Assembly: GCA_963747905.1 (NCBI GenBank)
Contig: CAVVHF010000018.1
Span: 1,135-65,134 of the forward strand
Length of the DNA stretch: 64,000 nt
Direction of reading: 5' to 3'
Origin: an uncultured bacterium
GTDB lineage: Bacteria > Patescibacteriota > Minisyncoccia > UBA6257 > 2-01-FULL-56-20
Shown here: piece by piece, positions 17,520 through 25,546 of the stretch
Position numbering within the stretch: the first letter of the stretch is position 1
Layout: every line of letters begins with the position of its first letter
Notes under the pieces: model-generated
The model's database searches: none
What the model saw: the letters and a program-made list of their open reading frames with translations, nothing else
What the model was told of the DNA's origin: nothing
Translations under genes and position numbers: made by a program

Positions 17520-19769
17520 TTAGCTCTTTGCCGTCAATCCCTCCCCTTCCGGCTCCAGCTTGAGCGACACCACCTTCGAGCTCCCATCCTCGGCGAGGGT
17601 CACGCCATACAATATGTCGGCAGCTTCCATTGTGGCACGGTTATGAGTGACGACGATGAACTGCGTGTGTTTGGAGAAATCCTTGAGCATCGTGCCGAAG
17701 CGGCGTGTGTTGCGCTCGTCGAGTGGCGCATCGATCTCGTCGAGCACGAGGAACGGCGGCGGGCTGACGGACACCAATGCAAAGACTGCGGCGATACCAA
17801 CGAGCGATCGCTCGCCGCCGGAGAGCATGTCGAGTGATGTCGTCTTTTTACGCGGCAATTTTATCTCAATGTCCACGCCGCCGTTCTTTTCCTGATAGAG
17901 CTCATCCTCAGTTTGTTCGATCATTTCCTTCACGTCCCCACCTTCTTCTTCGTCTTCCTCATCCACAGCACGTTCCCCTTTCGGCTTCAATACTTTCAAC
18001 TTTGCCGATCCCCCGTCAAACATAAGCGCAAAGAATTTTGCAAACTCGTCGTTGATCTTGGAAAGCGATTTATCGAACTCGCTCTTGATCTTCTCGTTCA
18101 GTTCGCGCATGAGCGCGGTGAGGTCCGCGACGGCCTTGTTAAGGTCATCCGATTCTTTTACTAAAAATGCATGGCGCGTAGCAGTGTCCTCCGCCTCTTT
18201 CATCAACGCCTGATCCACTTCGCCGATGCTCGCGAGGTCGCCGCGCAGGCGGAATATCCGGTGCTCTATGTCAGCGCCCGTTGCGGCAACCGCATCTGCA
18301 ATCGATATGTCGCGAAATTCTTCCGCGCGGCGACCGGCCTGATCCACCTGACGCAGAACCTCGTCGCGGCGGAGGTCGAGCCGCTCCTTCTCAAGCAACA
18401 GTTCGCGATTGACTTTCTCCCACGCATCAAGCTTACCCTGTGTGGCCTGCACATCGGCGACGGCGCCTTTGAATGTTTTATAAAAATCTTCCTGACCGGA
18501 CTCCAATGCTTTTTCCTGCGCACGGAGCGATGCAATATTTTTTTCAAGATCGGACAGGTCTTTCGCCGCTTCTTCGAATTCCCGACGCAACGAGCTCGGC
18601 ATCGGCGCGCTCGTGGCCGCTTTGACAGAACGCGGTTCATCCTTTTCCTCAAGCGCGAAAGTTATCTCCTCGAGCACCGTCTCAATGGCAGCCTGCACCG
18701 CGAGTGGTTCCTCGTTCAATACCGACTCCAACTCCATTTTTATCTTTTCTAAAACATCGATAAGATTTTCCGCCGAGCGATCGCTCGCGTCGCGCGCGGG
18801 AGCGACCAAACGCTTCGCCATCTCGATCTGCGCCTCGATGCGACCGGCATCCTTTTGCAGCTTGCTCCGCGCATCCATGAGCGCGGCCATCTCCTCTTTT
18901 ATCTTGGCGAGGCGCTTACGCTCCTCCGGCTGGCTCTCTTCGATCGCCGCCTGGCGCGTTTCCGCCGCGCGCTTTTCTTTCTCAAAAACCTCACACTGTT
19001 TCGTATGCGCGGCGATACGCCCGTCCACCTGCTCACCCTTCGCACGTAGCTCGTGCAATTGCGAACCAAAAAAATGATTTTCGAGCGAACGCAGCTCTTC
19101 CTCTAACGCACCACGGCGTTCCCAGCGGCCCGTCTGGCGCTTGAGCGATCGCAAATGCGGCTCGATCTCTTCGATCAGCGCCGTCACTTTATCAAGATTT
19201 ATTTTACTGTTTTTTAACCTCCGCTCGGCATCGACTTTTTTGATCTGGAACTCCCGCAAACCGAGCATTTCCTCGATCATCCCGCGGCGTTCAAGCGGCG
19301 ACGAGCGGATAAAAAGATCGCTGTCCCCTTGCCCGATAACGACCAATCCACGCGAACCAAGCCGCGCCTTTGCAAAAAAATCGATAAGGTCGCGCAACAA
19401 TATTTCCGACTTGTTCAAATAATATTTGCTCTGCCCGTCACGCGTGATCTGGCGTGACACCACCACTTCCTCAAAATCCACCGGAAAGAACTTGTTCTTA
19501 TTCTCAAAATATAAACTTGCCTGCGCCATACCCACGCGCGCGCGCTTCTGCGTGCCGGCAAAGATCAGGTCTTCAACACGCGCGCCACGGAGGTTCTTTG
19601 CATCGCGCTCGCCCAACAGCCATCGCACGGCGTCCACGATATTCGACTTGCCGGAACCGTTCGGCCCGACGACCGCCACGATCCCCGCCGGAAATTCCAA
19701 CACCGTCTTTCCCGCGAAAGATTTGAAGCCGTTTAGTTCGAGCCGTTTGAGAAAATGGGATTCTGACAT
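17520..19769 (-). CDS. smc: SMC-family chromosome segregation ATPase, compact 749-aa form with no recognisable hinge domain
   Basis: N-terminal LKRLELNGFKSF plus Walker A GPNGSGKSN; C-terminal signature LSGGERSLVGIA plus Walker B LVLDEID; a roughly 500-aa all-helical middle; conserved rnc-smc synteny. Confidence 0.75.
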   Translation of the reverse strand: MSESHFLKRLELNGFKSFAGKTVLEFPAGIVAVVGPNGSGKSNIVDAVRWLLGERDAKNLRGARVEDLIFAGTQKRARVGMAQASLYFENKNKFFPVDFEEVVVSRQITRDGQSKYYLNKSEILLRDLIDFFAKARLGSRGLVVIGQGDSDLFIRSSPLERRGMIEEMLGLREFQIKKVDAERRLKNSKINLDKVTALIEEIEPHLRSLKRQTGRWERRGALEEELRSLENHFFGSQLHELRAKGEQVDGRIAAHTKQCEVFEKEKRAAETRQAAIEESQPEERKRLAKIKEEMAALMDARSKLQKDAGRIEAQIEMAKRLVAPARDASDRSAENLIDVLEKIKMELESVLNEEPLAVQAAIETVLEEITFALEEKDEPRSVKAATSAPMPSSLRREFEEAAKDLSDLEKNIASLRAQEKALESGQEDFYKTFKGAVADVQATQGKLDAWEKVNRELLLEKERLDLRRDEVLRQVDQAGRRAEEFRDISIADAVAATGADIEHRIFRLRGDLASIGEVDQALMKEAEDTATRHAFLVKESDDLNKAVADLTALMRELNEKIKSEFDKSLSKINDEFAKFFALMFDGGSAKLKVLKPKGERAVDEEDEEEGGDVKEMIEQTEDELYQEKNGGVDIEIKLPRKKTTSLDMLSGGERSLVGIAAVFALVSVSPPPFLVLDEIDAPLDERNTRRFGTMLKDFSKHTQFIVVTHNRATMEAADILYGVTLAEDGSSKVVSLKLEPEGEGLTAKS

Positions 19770-19790
19770 GATAAAATTCTGGCGAGGCGC

Positions 19791-20483
19791 CTATTTATTC
19801 TTCTTGAGCACGTTCTTTGCCGCCTCAAGCTCAGCTTCCTGCTTGGACGGCCCCAGCCCTTTTGCGATCAACTTGTCGCCATAATAGACGCCCATCATAA
19901 AAATGCGTTTGTGCGCCGGGCCCGTCTCTTCGATCATTTTGTATGTCGGCGTCAGCTTCAGCTTTTCCTGTACCATCTCTTGCAACTCACTCTTTGCGTC
20001 TTTGTACGTTTTATTCTTCAACACCTCGTCAAGATTGCTCATCACGAACTCGTGCACGAACGGACGCATTTTTTCGAATCCCTGGTCGAGATAGATCGCA
20101 CCAATCAACGCCTCCATTGCATTCGCCAGAATGACCTCACGCGCTCGGCCGATATCTTTTTTTTCGCCACGCGACATCAAAATAAATTTTTGCATGCCGA
20201 TCCGCTCGGCCACCTTCGCCAAAATCTGATAGTTCACGAGCGCCGCGCGGAACACCGTGAGCTGTCCTTCCGGCTCGTTCGGAAATTTCTTAAACAACTC
20301 CTCGGAAACAAGGAGTTCGAGCACGGCATCACCGAGATATTCCAACCGCTCATTTTGCGGCAAAGGCCAGCGCGGATATTCGTTGAGATATGAACGATGC
20401 GTCAGCGCCTCCGTCAGAAGGTCCTTGTTGGTGAACGTGATCCCGATATTTTTTTCCAGTTCGTCGGTTGATGATGAAGCCAT
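19791..20483 (-). CDS. rnc: ribonuclease III
   Basis: RNase III signature ERLEYLGDAVL and a C-terminal dsRBD. Confidence 0.9.
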   Translation of the reverse strand: MASSSTDELEKNIGITFTNKDLLTEALTHRSYLNEYPRWPLPQNERLEYLGDAVLELLVSEELFKKFPNEPEGQLTVFRAALVNYQILAKVAERIGMQKFILMSRGEKKDIGRAREVILANAMEALIGAIYLDQGFEKMRPFVHEFVMSNLDEVLKNKTYKDAKSELQEMVQEKLKLTPTYKMIEETGPAHKRIFMMGVYYGDKLIAKGLGPSKQEAELEAAKNVLKKNK

Positions 20484-20911
20484 TATGATGCAGTAGGCAC
20501 TTTCTCCCGATAGACCGTCCCTAACACGCCGTTGATGAACCGCGCGGCGTTCGGGCCACCGTAGTTCTTCGCGAGCTCAATCGCCTCGTTGATGGCCACC
20601 TTCGGTGGCACCTCGTTCGGATCAGCGTAAAGCAATTCGTACAAACCAATACGCAAAATATTGCGGTCAATTACCGCGATCTTTTCGAGCGGCCATTCAG
20701 GTGCGGCGCGCCGGATGACGGCGTCAATATCTTTAAGGTGCGCCGCAACGCCTTGTAATATCTTCCAACCGAACTCGGGTTCGTCCACGCCCGGCGCAAA
20801 CTCGGCCATATCCCGTTCGAGGATCTCGGTAATGTCCTTTTTTTGATTATAAAAATCCCACTCGTAGAGTGACTGCAGGACGACGGTTCGGATTAAGTGC
20901 CGTGTGGCCAT
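20483..20911 (-). CDS. nusB: transcription antitermination factor NusB
   Basis: 142-aa all-helical NusB pattern (LYEWDF..., GVLGTV). Confidence 0.85.
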   Translation of the reverse strand: MATRHLIRTVVLQSLYEWDFYNQKKDITEILERDMAEFAPGVDEPEFGWKILQGVAAHLKDIDAVIRRAAPEWPLEKIAVIDRNILRIGLYELLYADPNEVPPKVAINEAIELAKNYGGPNAARFINGVLGTVYREKVPTAS

Positions 20912-20965
20912 AGTTTAGGAAAGAACAATTTCTGCAAAGAGCGACCGATTCATGCTATTACGATA

Positions 20966-21118
20966 CTACATTTTTCCACACTGTGCGCACGTCCGATGCG
21001 CTCGGCGCGGAGCTCCGCAATTCTTGCAAACCAGCAATTTCGCTTTCTTCATAGCAAGATGCGAGCGTCGATTGCCAGTCTTACTATGGGTATGATGTTT
21101 GGTTGGTACGCCCGCCAT
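20966..21118 (-). CDS. rpmF: 50S ribosomal protein L32 (50 aa; below the 60-aa cutoff of the ORF track)
   Basis: Hand translation gives MAGVPTKHHTHSKTGNRRSHLAMKKAKLLVCKNCGAPRRAHRTCAQCGKM, with the L32 N-terminal basic motif and a CxxC...CxxC zinc ribbon. Confidence 0.7.
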   Translation of the reverse strand: MAGVPTKHHTHSKTGNRRSHLAMKKAKLLVCKNCGAPRRAHRTCAQCGKM

Positions 21119-21138
21119 GATGTTAATAAAAAGTTAAT

Positions 21139-21777
21139 TTATTTGTTTATTTTAAGGCGCTTACCCAAAAAAGTCAACCGGTGGACGTCGCATGAGCCAT
21201 TCTTTTTGATCGCGCGGAGATGCCCCGCCGTGCCATATCCCTTATGGATCTCAAAGCCATAGTGCGGATATTTTTTTGCCAACCGCCGCATATACCCATC
21301 GCGGGACACTTTTGCGATGATAGACGCCGCCGCGACCGCCGAGATCTTCTCGTCAGCTTTTACGACAGTCTTCGCGCTAACGATCTTACCGGCGGCCAAT
21401 TCTTGTTGACGATTCTTGCTGCCAAGATATAACCCACCGTCAAGAAAAACCGGCGTCTGCGGCGAGAATTTATATTTTTTTAATAACCGCGAGAAGGCAT
21501 TCTGCGCCGCGCGGTTAGCAGCGGCGGAAATATTCGTGCGTTCTATCTCGCGCGGGTAGACACGCGCGACCGCGAAACGCGCGCCGATATTACTCCGAAG
21601 CTCCTTCCCCCAGAATTCCCTTTGCGCCGCGCTCAGTTTTTTAGAATCTTTTAATGACCGGAATGGGGCGTGAGCGATACGACCATGGGCGTCGAGCGCG
21701 AGTATCGCGGCGGCGACCGTCACCGGCCCCGCGAGCGCCCCTCGGCCAACCTCATCAATACCGACGATCCACTTCAT
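21139..21777 (-). CDS. rnhB: ribonuclease HII
   Basis: GIDEVGRGALAGPV catalytic motif; the start is taken at MKWIVGIDE and could extend to 21807. Confidence 0.85.
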   Translation of the reverse strand: MKWIVGIDEVGRGALAGPVTVAAAILALDAHGRIAHAPFRSLKDSKKLSAAQREFWGKELRSNIGARFAVARVYPREIERTNISAAANRAAQNAFSRLLKKYKFSPQTPVFLDGGLYLGSKNRQQELAAGKIVSAKTVVKADEKISAVAAASIIAKVSRDGYMRRLAKKYPHYGFEIHKGYGTAGHLRAIKKNGSCDVHRLTFLGKRLKINK

Positions 21778-21806
21778 ATTATTAGTGCGCGCTCGTGCCG
21801 CAGCCA

Positions 21807-22250
21807 TCAGAGACCGCCGCCGCCAAGGCCTCCCAGGTTATTCACATCATTCAGCGATTGCTGGATATACCCCTGGATCCACAGGGTCGTCAGCCAGACC
21901 GCGACGATGCTCGACGCGACGAGCAGGACGAGCATGATGGCGCCAATCTGCTTGGCGCGCGGATCCGGCGAGCGGAGATATTTGATGCCCTGCCACTTGG
22001 TGATTGCAAGATACGCGATCCACGGGAGGACGATACTGAACGCATAGAGTAACAACTGGTCGCCGACGCCCGTGCCGAGAGGTGCCTCAGTCAGTTTCGC
22101 GCCGCAGTTCGGACAGAAATAATATTCCGGCTTTGTGGGAAAGTGGCAACGCGGGCAAATCTGCGCCCCGGCATATCCGGCTACCGTAGCAGGCACTGAC
22201 GGTTGCTGCGGCGTCTGTTGCGACAGTGTAGGTACTGCGTTCTCATCCAT
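21807..22250 (-). CDS. zinc-ribbon (CPRC...CPNC) membrane protein, hypothetical
   Basis: ICPRCHF...FCPNCGAKL zinc ribbon followed by two TM helices and a Gly-rich tail. Confidence 0.5.
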   Translation of the reverse strand: MDENAVPTLSQQTPQQPSVPATVAGYAGAQICPRCHFPTKPEYYFCPNCGAKLTEAPLGTGVGDQLLLYAFSIVLPWIAYLAITKWQGIKYLRSPDPRAKQIGAIMLVLLVASSIVAVWLTTLWIQGYIQQSLNDVNNLGGLGGGGL

Positions 22251-22270
22251 AGTATGTTCATTCTACCACG

Positions 22271-22978
22271 ATGGATTATAATGGCGGTATGGAGTTCAGT
22301 TTCCTTCCCGACGATACCATAAGGGACCTTCAGAAGTTCGTGACGGAGGTCTATGCCGTACCGGATGACCGGATCTATTCGTTATGGGATCTGCTCGTTC
22401 AGGAAGAGCGCTTTGCTATGCGGGCACTCAAGGGCATCCGGCAGAATGACATACAGAAACTGGGACATAATCTTCTCATTTCGTTTTCCTGGCTGATTTC
22501 CATCGCCAACCGGCTACATATCGACGTGGAGGAAGAAACATGGCGTCGGTTTCCGGGACTCTGCTCATATTGCGGCAAACAGCCGTGTGCGTGCCGGACG
22601 ATCAAACCCTCTGCGCGGCTCAAAATAACCGCCGATGAGAGTACCCGACCAAAAACATTGGCTGACACACAATCAATGTTTGAAGCGATCTATCCGGCCA
22701 ACAAGCGAACCCTCGCCGACGCAGGCGTCCACCTGGCGGAAGAGATCGGGGAAGTTAGCGAAGCGATCCATAACTATCTCGGCGAACATCGGGAAGAGCA
22801 GTTCGATGAGGTGAAGCTGGAGCTCGCCGATCTCGTCTCCTGTATATTCGGCGTCGCGAACTCCGCACACATCAATATCGCAAAAGAGCTCAGTGAAATA
22901 TATCGTGATAATTGCCATATCTGCCATAACGCTCCGTGTACCTGCACCTTCTCCGACATCGTGCGGTTGCGGACGTGA
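22271..22978 (+). CDS. two-domain MazG-like nucleotide pyrophosphohydrolase-fold protein; each domain is followed by a CxxC-x3-PCxC cysteine cluster
   Basis: Two EExxE / ELADLV all-alpha NTP-PPase-like halves; cysteine clusters CSYCGKQPCAC and CHICHNAPCTC. Confidence 0.5.
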   Translation: MDYNGGMEFSFLPDDTIRDLQKFVTEVYAVPDDRIYSLWDLLVQEERFAMRALKGIRQNDIQKLGHNLLISFSWLISIANRLHIDVEEETWRRFPGLCSYCGKQPCACRTIKPSARLKITADESTRPKTLADTQSMFEAIYPANKRTLADAGVHLAEEIGEVSEAIHNYLGEHREEQFDEVKLELADLVSCIFGVANSAHINIAKELSEIYRDNCHICHNAPCTCTFSDIVRLRT

Positions 22979-22994
22979 CGGCCAAGATGGTCCC

Positions 22995-23612
22995 TCAGGA
23001 CACCTTCCTCACTTCTGCCACCTTCAAGTGCGGGATCGCGCGATGCATAACCGGCGGTTTGTCTTCAAAGAATGTCTGCAATATCTGCAACGCATCGCCA
23101 TGGGAAACGAGCAGAATATTTTTGCCGGCGTAGCGCTCTCCCAAATCGTGAATGAGGGCGGCAACCCGAGCCGCGATCTCCGTCGTACTTTCCACATTCG
23201 CATCCCTATGGTCGGGATCGAGAACGTCCTTATCCCATACATTTTGATAATGGACGTCGCTTGTCCCCTCCCAATCGCCGAACCAACGCTCGCGTAACCG
23301 ATCGTCAAAAATAATTTCCACGGGCACCCCTAATACCTCCTTCGCAATCTCCGCCGTTCGCCGGCAACGCGAGAACGGAGAGGAAAAGATGATTGTGTCA
23401 TCTTTTAATAAACCCTGCGCCTTTGCCTCCCGCACCGAACGCCGAACCTGCTCCTCCCCATTCTTCGTAAGCGTATGTTCATCTTTTTCCCCTTCCTCTA
23501 AATGGCTTAAAATGACCCCACGGATATTCGGCATGCTTTCGCCGTGACGCAGGAGAAAATAATGATTTTTAAATATGGGCTTGATCGATTCCCGCGCACC
23601 CGCTTGCTTCAT
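22995..23612 (-). CDS. histidine phosphatase family protein (phosphoglycerate-mutase-like)
   Basis: LLRHGES catalytic RHG motif and a C-terminal SHGD region; the start is chosen at MKQAGARES. Confidence 0.7.
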   Translation of the reverse strand: MKQAGARESIKPIFKNHYFLLRHGESMPNIRGVILSHLEEGEKDEHTLTKNGEEQVRRSVREAKAQGLLKDDTIIFSSPFSRCRRTAEIAKEVLGVPVEIIFDDRLRERWFGDWEGTSDVHYQNVWDKDVLDPDHRDANVESTTEIAARVAALIHDLGERYAGKNILLVSHGDALQILQTFFEDKPPVMHRAIPHLKVAEVRKVS

Positions 23613-23614
23613 AT

Positions 23615-24046
23615 TTATATAATTTCCAATTTTTTGAACCAATATTCCCACGCCGGCTCCAACGTCAATCTTTTGATCTCTTCCTTCGAATACCATCCCG
23701 CCGATTTTGTTTCCCGCATACTGCGTGCGAGATCGCCGAAAATAGGGCAATAGAAAAGATACCAGTAGTGCGAGGTCGCTCCCTTACTACACCAATTCCA
23801 GTCAAGCTCTTCTTCTAAAAGCAACTTGGGATCATGCACATCAAAACCAATCTCCTCTTTGACCTCGCGCATGATGGCATGCCGCTCATCTTCACCCTCG
23901 TCAACGTGCCCCGCGACACCGGCGAACCCGAGCGGCGGCACGGCGCGTTCGATCAAAAGATATTTCCCATCCCGCTCAATGAGGGCGCCCACCGAAAAAT
24001 GCATCAGCTTCCCGTCTTTTGTTCTCCCTTCTTTCGGTGGCACCAT
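23615..24046 (-). CDS. NUDIX hydrolase
   Basis: Nudix box GHVDEGEDERHAIMREVKEEIGF. Confidence 0.8.
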   Translation of the reverse strand: MVPPKEGRTKDGKLMHFSVGALIERDGKYLLIERAVPPLGFAGVAGHVDEGEDERHAIMREVKEEIGFDVHDPKLLLEEELDWNWCSKGATSHYWYLFYCPIFGDLARSMRETKSAGWYSKEEIKRLTLEPAWEYWFKKLEII

Positions 24047-24053
24047 AGATCGA

Positions 24054-24500
24054 TCAAAAACGAATTTTGCTTATATCGCCATTTAAGAATATCGGCTGAA
24101 GACCGTAGATCTCTTCTTTAAAACCAAGGTCGTCAGAAATGGGATTCAGGATGTAGATCGGCTTGCCGTAATCGAAACCGATAGCTGCCTCGATGAGTGT
24201 GTTCCCGCCGATGTAACCGGGGACGCCCTTCTTCTCGTAATTGAGCACGAGCACTGCATCCCCGCTTTTTACTTTTCGCAGATGGTTTTTAATAAGCCAT
24301 GTCTTACGGGCATATTGCTTTGGATCGTCGAACCACGTCCTATAGGTACCCACGCGATAGTCACCGCTTTTTTTCATCTTCATCGCCGTGTACGGCAGCT
24401 TCACGGCATAGCCCATCGCAGTGAGCCGTTTCTCAACTTCCAGCGCCTGTTTAAAAAACGCAGCACTCGAGCAGATGGTGATTATCTTTTTCTTTTTCAT
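24054..24500 (-). CDS. nucleoside 2-deoxyribosyltransferase-like (SLOG superfamily) protein, paralogue 1
   Basis: N-terminal KIITICSS and the GGNTLIEAAIGFDYGKPIYILN motif (T..E.G.A...GKP), as in NDT/Rcl-like proteins. Confidence 0.55.
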   Translation of the reverse strand: MKKKKIITICSSAAFFKQALEVEKRLTAMGYAVKLPYTAMKMKKSGDYRVGTYRTWFDDPKQYARKTWLIKNHLRKVKSGDAVLVLNYEKKGVPGYIGGNTLIEAAIGFDYGKPIYILNPISDDLGFKEEIYGLQPIFLNGDISKIRF

Positions 24501-24501
24501 G

Positions 24502-24930
24502 TTATGCGATGGCAGATAAATTTCCTTTCAGACAAATAGGATCCATAGCCTTTATTTCATCAATATAGGGAACCTCGCTAGGAATATCGTTGAGCAGAAA
24601 TATCTTCTTTTTATTCACGTAGGCCATCCCCATTTCCATGAGACAGTTACCGCCAATATAATTTTTGATGCCTTTCTTCTCCAGGTTTACAATAAGAATC
24701 GCGTCGCTTTGGAGAATGTGGTTATAGTGCTGGCGGATATAATCATGCGCCCGCTTGAAATCAGCACTTTCGCCAGGCAACGCACCTTCGATGAACGCCA
24801 TTGTTTTGCCATTCACATGATCTTCATAATCCTGATGGATCCAGCCGTCGTAACCCAGATCGCAGAGCTGATTCTTGTAATCAACCATTTCCCTTACGAA
24901 GCTATTACTACCAAGAACGTAGACCTTCAT
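24502..24930 (-). CDS. nucleoside 2-deoxyribosyltransferase-like (SLOG superfamily) protein, paralogue 2
   Basis: KVYVLGSNSF and GGNCLMEMGMAYVNKKKIFLLN; clear paralogue of the adjacent gene. Confidence 0.55.
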   Translation of the reverse strand: MKVYVLGSNSFVREMVDYKNQLCDLGYDGWIHQDYEDHVNGKTMAFIEGALPGESADFKRAHDYIRQHYNHILQSDAILIVNLEKKGIKNYIGGNCLMEMGMAYVNKKKIFLLNDIPSEVPYIDEIKAMDPICLKGNLSAIA

Positions 24931-24951
24931 AAAAAATATTGTCGCACCAAT

Positions 24952-25027
24952 CCGACAGAAAAACAAACAGCCGTTCCGCTGAATTATTCTTATCACAAGG
25001 CGGAACGGCTGTTTGTTTTTCTGTCGG
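24952..25027. repeat. perfect 28-bp stem hairpin abutting the 3' end of tRNA-Lys; its loop contains GAATTATTCTTATCAC, the same 16-nt loop as the 63273..63318 hairpin
   Basis: CCGACAGAAAAACAAACAGCCGTTCCGC / GCGGAACGGCTGTTTGTTTTTCTGTCGG with a 20-nt loop, read directly. Confidence 0.5.
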
Positions 25028-25101
25028 TGCCCCCACCAGGATTTGAACCTGGGACCATCTCCTTAAAAGGGAGCTGCTCTACCAGACTGAGCTATAGGGG
25101 C
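25028..25101 (-). tRNA. tRNA-Lys (anticodon UUU); CCA not encoded
   Basis: Hand-folded cloverleaf: acceptor GCCCCTA/TGGGGGC, D-arm GCTCAGTCTGGTAGAGC, anticodon loop CTTTTAA, T-arm CCAGGTTCAAATCCTGG. Confidence 0.8.
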
Positions 25102-25112
25102 AATTCCTGCTA

Positions 25113-25141
25113 ATAGTAGTGAAAATTGTCGGATATTTCAA
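25113..25141 (-). promoter_or_regulatory. sigma70-like promoter of tRNA-Lys (TTGAAA-N17-TACTAT)
   Basis: Hexamers read on the minus strand, 14 nt upstream of the tRNA 5' end. Confidence 0.4.
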
Positions 25142-25153
25142 CCGACGGCATTA

Positions 25154-25537
25154 TTATTTGGATTTCGTCCGATATGCTTTTTTAATATCCAGATACGCCG
25201 CGTACGTCCCATGCTCCCCCTTTTGCTTTCTCATAAGATCGGCGGGATATTTTTTCTCGATACGCGCGAGTTTCGCGCGGATGATCTTTTCGGAATCAAG
25301 ATCGAGGAGCACCGCCATCTCGATCGCATAGAGAAACACATCAGCCAATTCTCCTTTCAACTTTTCCATTTTCTCCTTATTTTTCTTTGTATCTTTGATA
25401 TCCAAACTTTGCCATTGGAAAAGCTCCAGCAGTTCGGCGGCCTCGATGGATATGGATTTTGCGATGTCGGACGGACGCAGCACATGCCAATTCCTCGCGC
25501 GCAGGTATGCCTTGATGTCTTTCTCTAGTTTCTTCAT
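25154..25537 (-). CDS. MazG-like nucleotide pyrophosphohydrolase (single-domain, YpjD/dCTPase-like)
   Basis: EAAELLE...ELADVFLY motifs; 127 aa, all-alpha. Confidence 0.7.
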   Translation of the reverse strand: MKKLEKDIKAYLRARNWHVLRPSDIAKSISIEAAELLELFQWQSLDIKDTKKNKEKMEKLKGELADVFLYAIEMAVLLDLDSEKIIRAKLARIEKKYPADLMRKQKGEHGTYAAYLDIKKAYRTKSK

Positions 25538-25546
25538 ATTTGTTTA

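Noticed and set aside
17140-17520. Direct repeat of the tRNA-Ala 3' end (attR) closing the low-GC islet
   Set aside because: Only an 8/12 partial match (ACTCTCCCTCGC) was found by eye; this is not convincing and there is no integrase. The islet boundary is defined by composition only.
20897-21262. 121-aa plus-strand ORF
   Set aside because: Antisense to the hand-identified rpmF (L32) and to the rnhB 3' end; no motifs.
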